DNA of 59,648 bases, filler included, from Streblomastix strix (lineage: Eukaryota), in assembly GCA_008636045.1 (NCBI GenBank). It is 3 parts of 3 records of this genome, joined end to end, with 100 filler letters (N's around TTAATTAATTAA, not from the genome) between each part and the next. Parts side by side here need not be neighbours in the genome. Positions count along the whole stretch, not along the records: positions 39,839 to 59,648 come from SNRW01000484.1; 2 more parts are not named here. One strand, given 5' to 3'. Position numbers and translations under genes: made by a program. This document shows positions 52,931 to 59,648 of this stretch, piece after piece. Within the stretch, counting starts at the first letter, position 1; every line of letters begins with the position of its first letter. Below the pieces are notes generated by a model that did not search any database, was not told where the DNA came from, and saw only the letters and a program-made list of their open reading frames with translations.

Positions 52931-53364
52931 TCAATTTTGATTGCAAATAACTCAGAGTGGAGTTTTACCATACATACGCTTAGGCTCAATCTTCAATTGG
53001 TACTTTTCCAATTATAATTTTTAGTTTTTAAACTAATAAACAAAATTAAACAGATATGAAATTGTATTTAATATCCTTCTGTAAATGAGATTTAATACAT
53101 ATTTTATAGATGCTTTTTTCTATATTAATGTTGTTAAATAAATTAGTTTGGATAATTAAAATTATATAATTTTCAATCATTAATAATATATGTAGACTAA
53201 TGTTAAGTTATATGAATTATATATAGGATTATTGATAATATAAAAATTTTATGCATTAAAATTAATAAAACTCACTAATTGAGATGATAAATATTTTAAA
53301 TGTTATATATTTTGAGACATTTTTTTATATTTTACATATTTTTATAGATCGTCTAAAAATTTGA

Positions 53365-56300
53365 CATACTGATGGTAAAAACTGGCAAAGATTTAAAAGA
53401 TTCCTATTTACATAAACACAAGATTAGGCGTAACCGTAAAATTTAACAATATCCCTATACAATTGATCATCCTGCAAATGAGAAGTATCGATAGAAGATT
53501 TGTGGGCACGTATAATTGGGATTTAAGAAATTTGCCAGATATTATAGAATTGGAGCCTTTAGTAATAAAATTGATGTTAAACATGTGATGTACTCTTGCT
53601 GCGAAAGCGACTAAACTGGAAACTTATGTAACTGGGACAAGAGAGTAGAAGGTAAGATAAATGAAAAGAATATTTAAAAGAAATTAGGGCACACATGCCA
53701 TTTTGTCTCGAGAGTAATTCATGATTATGAGTAGTAAATGACAATAGAGGACATTTAATTTTCATTAATTCTTTTCATTTGTCGTGCAAGGATATCTTGG
53801 ATGTAAGCATCGTCAGAGGTTCTTATGGCATTTATATTTAAGTTAATGAGATATGCGTAATAACATCCCCATGATGATCCTCGCGTTTTAATCCACAACT
53901 TCGGTCGTAGATCTATATAAGAATATTTAGTTACTAAAGCAAAACAGGTAAAGCATTATTTATTAAACATTTTTTGAGGTTAACATAGTGGTATAGTGAT
54001 TGATTCTGCTCTAGTAAATGGTGAGAAATTGACAATTGCAAATTTACAGTGTCTCTCTTTAGATCTTGTTCCAGTAACAATAGCAACATTGTCAGGACCG
54101 TTAACTCGCATTTCACTTCTCAAATTCATTTGCAAAATAGCAAGAGTTTGTTAACAATATGATATAATATGGTCTGGTTCATGCTCCGACAATCTGGTAC
54201 ATTAAATTTAGAGTTTTGATCTCAGTTCATAAAATAATGTGGGTCATCATGCTAAATTAGATATACAGCCTTTAGGTGTCCCATGTGCAGATCACACCTT
54301 AAACTTATGTCTCACAGCCGAATTTAAGAAAGGAGGAAGACTATTTGAATTTAATGTAGCATTGAAAGGTATAGTGAGTAAAATAAAGAAAATGAAAAAT
54401 CATTTCTTATACAATAAACTGAAAAGATGTATTTAAAAGAGGTGGTTTGTGTAATCGGACATTCTTCAATTCATTGTTAAGTATTAGAGCGAAATTTTGC
54501 AAATACCTGATCTTACAGAAGATGAGAAAGAAATTGACTGAAACTGCTTCAAAACTTATTAAGTACTGTACGCAGCAAGAAAAGTTTCAGAGAAGATGGA
54601 ACAATAAACATATCCAGCGTGCAAGGCACGCAAAAACTTGTTAGCATTGCTATAATTTTATGATGAATTGAATAATAATTGGCATTAATAAGATAATAGA
54701 ATTTAAGTACATACTCACCTCCTGCATGTAATAGGAACCAATATCATATAGAGGTTTTTTGAAGGGTAAAATGGAGCAATATTTGCAGCACTTTCTGTTG
54801 TGTCATTTGAAGGTCGGATGGACTTCATACAAAAAGACATTAATCATTTAAAAGTTAATCAATTAATTATAAATGAACCTCTCATTACATCGTTTACAGA
54901 AATTGCTAAATCGAAAGAAAAGACAGAATAAAATGAAAATAAAAATTTAAATCAATAAAATGAATAATAAAATGAAATCAAAACTGATGCAAAACCACAT
55001 TCAGAATAACAATTAAATTAAATAGTAATAAAGCCAATCAGTAAATAATCTAGAAAGAGAAAAAATGATAACTACAAAAAGTCAAGATTAAAACTACTTA
55101 ATGATTCAAGATAGCAAACTGAAAAAAGTTAATAAAAACAAAGATTCAAGGAAACTTTAATGCCTAATAAAATTCAAACAAGAATTCATGACTAAAAACA
55201 GATTGATAATTTATAAAAATTAATAGAAGAAGAATAAGTTTCATAAAGTGATTCATACACATAAATTAATGAAATATCAAAATAAACAAAATCACACAAA
55301 CAGTAAAAGAAAAATTAAATTGAAATAGATGATGAATATATATTTGATGGTAATTCAGATTCAGATAATGAGCTTTTAGATACATTCATTTCAGAAAATA
55401 TTGATGATGAAAATAAGTCTGAATTAAATAGTGAGGGCTTTGAAGAAGAATAATAAGAAAATAACGAAAATTAATAATAAATATCGATATAAAAAGATTA
55501 ATCTAAAACATCAAATATAAAAAATCAAAATTAAACAAAAAAGGTGCAAGAACCGTTAATTTTAGGGAAATATATCGAATATATAAATAGAAAGCCTTGG
55601 AAATAAATTATTATAGATGAACTTAAAGAAATGTATAATTTGATGTATAATTTTGATGATTCAAATTTATTCAAACCACAACATTTAGATAATAATTAAA
55701 AAGATGAATTATAACATCATTAACTAATTGTTGATTAATAATTATATAATTATACCTCATAACCAGTTTCTCTAGCTCCTACTCCAAGTCTAACTTCATA
55801 GTCATCAGAAGATAACACTTCATAATATATATAACAAATCAATTATCGTTATCGGTCATTATAAATAGATTCAAATATATCTAATTAATCTCAATAACTC
55901 AAAATATCATCATCTGCTAATATTTTATTAATCAATCAATCTCAATATCAACAATCTCCACAATTTGATTTATAACAATAATCAATTTAATTTAATAATT
56001 CTCATTCAATACTTAACATTAACAAAAAATAAACTATTCCCTCTTATTAAACTGAAAATTAATTTTAAATGAATAAATAAGAATAATCTGATCATTTAAA
56101 TTAATATCATCATTCTTATTCAATTTAGCCTTAATTAATTTTTGAATCATAATAATCACATCACTCCTAATCTATATAATCATTTAATTCAACTATAGAT
56201 TCTTTTCAAACAGATCAGATATTTTCCTCAGAAATTAATGTTCAATCCTAGAACAAATAAGGATAACATCGATCAATTTCTCCAAGTATGAATTTATTAT

Positions 56301-57051
56301 TTAGTTAAAAATAATTATATCATTCTCTATCCACAGATTCTTAGTTATCTCCTGAATATCTAGAATAATCGCTTTAAAATTCTAATGCAAATTAGCATAA
56401 TTAAATCAGACTAAACAGACAACAATTATATCTTAATTAATAATAAAGTTAATTTTAATAATAATAATAATAAAATAGTACAATATAAATAAATAAAACT
56501 AACATTTCTAGATAACTATCCCATTAATCTTAATTTTAATAATTCCCCTAATATTTTAATTTAAAACCACGCATTAATTTCACAAACCATAATAATAATT
56601 AAGAACAATAATCACAAAATCACTATTCTTCTGATTTGAACGAAGACTTTGATTATGATATTTGTCAAAACTAAATTTTAATGAATAATGAGTTAAATAA
56701 ATTTTCTTCTTCTTAGGGATTAAAAGGAGGAAATCCAAAAAACCTAAATCTTAAAAAGAATAATAAAAAGAAAAAAAAATAGAAAAGTGACATATAAATA
56801 AATGAAAATGGGTCATACGATGAGGCAATATAAAATTAAATAATTCTTTAAAATGAGAATCTAGAAATAATTAAAGAAAATAATTAATAAAATTCACAAT
56901 CAATAGAAAATCATAAATTTTCATAAAATTCATTTAATAAATTCTAATAATTAAACAGAATATAATAATAATAATAACAATCATAACAACAACAAAATAA
57001 ATAATATTATTATTTTTAATAATAATAATAATAATAATAATAAAGTTAATT

Positions 57052-57085
<34 letters not shown>

Positions 57086-57137
57086 TAACAACAACAACAA
57101 TAATAACAATAATAATAATAATAATAATAATTATAAT

Positions 57138-57193
<56 letters not shown>

Positions 57194-57577
57194 TTGGAAT
57201 CTATTAGTTATTCCCCACTACTTCTATTAATTCCTGATAATGAAAACAAAAAATAAAGAAAAATCCATTAGTATTAATAATCACAAAAAGATATTGATTT
57301 TATATTAAATATATATCTTGAATAGCCTAAATTATAAATTAACAATAATGCAACCAATCAAAGCGAATTTAAGTTCTTTTAATATTTAGATGATAATTGG
57401 GATAAGTTTGGTAATGCTGGAGACTTTCTTTTAAGACTTTGGTCAATACCTGCAACTGAAGCTTCATGCGAACGCACCTTTGCTTCCCTGAGATCAACAG
57501 CTACATGTTAGAGAAGAAATTTGATAGGTGAATCACTAGTATCAGTGGAATTGCTTATATAATATAGCAAAATTTGA
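53365..57577 (+). mobile_element. hAT-superfamily transposase, N-terminal part frameshifted, with long low-complexity insert
   Basis: PCADHTLNLCL (CxxH motif) at ~54280; C-terminal LWSIPATEASCERTFASLR; TGA at 57575-57577. Confidence 0.82.
57019..57194 (+). repeat. (AAT/AAC)n microsatellite encoding poly-Asn
   Basis: Long AAT run with AAC interruptions. Confidence 0.95.
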
Positions 57578-57699
57578 ATTTTTTAAGTTTCATTTTAACT
57601 AGTCAACAGTTTAATATCTTTAACTTTAACACATAATAAAAATAAAAATGATTTCAAGAAATTTGAGTATCAGAATATTTACATTTTAGTAATAGAACG

Positions 57700-59470
57700 A
57701 GAAGAATTTTGTTATCATCAAGAACAGAGTTTTTTGATTCAATCCAAATAGCATCAACTGGTTCATCAAACCAAAGAACATCTCGAGGTGGTGGAATTTT
57801 CATTCTCTTTTCTTCTGATGCTTATTCTGATGCAATTACAGTTTCCTTTGATTATTCAATTATCTTTTTCACACAGAAAGGTACAAGTTCATCAAGCCAT
57901 TCACAAGTTTTTTTATTGAATTCTCCATATAATTCTACCACTGTTACAGCGTTTGGATTAAGTACAATTTTTCTCACTTATCCAAATCCACTACATTCTG
58001 ACTATCCTTATAATGCTCCTTCATGCAAATCATATAGACCAATACTTAATGCACTCAAACATGTTGTCTATCCAGTTCCAGTCTCACCAACAAGCATTAA
58101 TCCCCATCGAACTTCCATTGTTTCATAAACTTAAAGACAATTATGAATGAATTGTTATGCCGGTTGCATTCCTTATATTTTTGATGTTACTGATATCGCA
58201 TCTTGTAATATTGCATGTTCAATTGCTAGAATATTAACATTAAGAAATAGATCTCTAATGATATTCATAAAAAGTGGGACATCATCTGAAATGAATTTTG
58301 AAGTGATTGTATTACTTAATGCACTATTAAGCACAATATCTTCACTTAAGGTATCAATATAATTATACTAATCAAAACATGCCCATGCACCAGCTTACAC
58401 AAGTCCATAGAAGAATCTGCCCATCATTTAATAATCAATCTGATCAGAACAAATGAATACAACATATTGACGTGCAAGTACTTTTGCCTAATATTTTGTT
58501 GTTTCAGTCTTTCCAGTTGCAGCTGGAGCTGTTAGATTACCACCATGATATAATTATAGTGATATAGTAAGAGTAATATATCATCGATCTGTTAGAGGAG
58601 TTATTACAAGACGAGGTGAATTCCCCAAATATTCATATACATAAACAAATTCTGTGCTCGTCTGACGAACTAAACATTCATTCTTTTCAGAATCCCAATA
58701 ATATCTCAAGTTTCGTATGTGTAAATACATCAAGAGCTTAACGGATAACAAATTAGCTGGCTTTCTCATCTCAGTCTCAAAGTTCAATAACTAAGTCTCA
58801 ACTGGAAGATGTGTGTATACATGTTCAGTTAATTATACATACTCATTCTCTACACTGATTATAGTTGTAACATAATCAGATTTCTCCAATGGAACTTTAT
58901 TTGTATTTGTTCCAGATGGAGTCAGAGCTGGAGATGGATCATTGATTAGTTCATCATCTGATTTCTTCTCTCCAGTAATTGTAGCTTCTGATACAAAAGT
59001 GAGCGCATTGATTGAATCAAAGCATTTACTCATAAATGGTTGAACTGCTCGAACACCAGCTGTCTTAGCCAAGATTTGAAGCAGTTCATCATTTGATAAG
59101 AAATAGAAACGAAGGAATTTAACTCTTTTTGTTTCAAGGTAAGCTTCCAATCTTTTCTGGACTTCTTCTAACATCTTATTATTAAGTTGCATTCTATCTA
59201 TAAATCCATCCATTTCTAAGCAATGAATTCAATTAGGATTATCATGTGCTGCATTCATAACTAACTTCCATTATTCATCTTTAAAGAAATCATGCCTCTA
59301 CAAATCATCAAACATTTTACTTGGTTTGTTTCCACCACTTTCTTCTTCTTAACTCACTTTTTGTCAAATAAGTCTTCATCATAAATAAATTTCGCTTTAA
59401 TAACTTTCAATCTTTTTTTTGCAATATCCAAAATTCTCTTATCAATCAAAGGAATTTCGTTCATCTATAA
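57700..59470 (-). pseudogene. Axonemal-type dynein heavy chain fragment with internal deletions
   Basis: [43 protein letters not shown]; degenerate P-loops APAATGKTET and GETGTGQTT; AWACFD; WFDEPVDAIWIES..SVLDDNK. Confidence 0.9.
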
Positions 59471-59648
59471 CAATATTCTCGAAAAAAATATAAAATTATA
59501 AAGTAAATCTTTAATATATAATTTCCACCTCTTGTAAAAATAGTAAAAATATATAAATAAATATATGAATTTTTTATTTGATTAACAATTATAATAATAT
59601 TGGTGTTTATTGGTGTGATACACGATAGTTTTTTAAAAAATATTAAAA

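Noticed and set aside
57709..58362. Plus-strand ORFs of 139 and 71 aa
   Set aside because: Antisense to the dynein fragment

Overview
AT-rich eukaryotic (protist) DNA made of three unrelated contigs joined by artificial N-TTAATTAATTAA-N linkers (1-19825, 19926-39738, 39839-59648). Real genes read through TAA/TAG as Gln and stop only at TGA (ciliate-type code, table 6), so the supplied standard-code ORF track is mostly fragments or antisense noise. The code, GT-AG AT-rich introns, SPRY-like families and DIRS remnants suggest an oxymonad such as Streblomastix (inference). Main result: two related endogenous Polinton/Maverick-type viruses. Contig 1 (~7.7-19.8 kb) has protein-primed PolB, an A32-type packaging ATPase, a putative major capsid protein, fibre proteins with HxH repeats and a small amphipathic protein resembling adenovirus pVI. 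Contig 2 is bounded by ~420-bp inverted repeats and has an rve integrase, HNH nuclease, KilA-N and homologues of the same structural genes, but no recognisable PolB. Also present: decayed DIRS-like tyrosine-recombinase retroelements, a multi-ubiquitin-like/RING gene, a kinase-zinc finger-SPRY gene, a hAT transposase with a very long low-complexity insert, a TIR-bounded ISL2EU/Harbinger-like relic, and Myb and dynein heavy chain pseudogenes. All translations were done by eye; coordinates of decayed ORFs are approximate.
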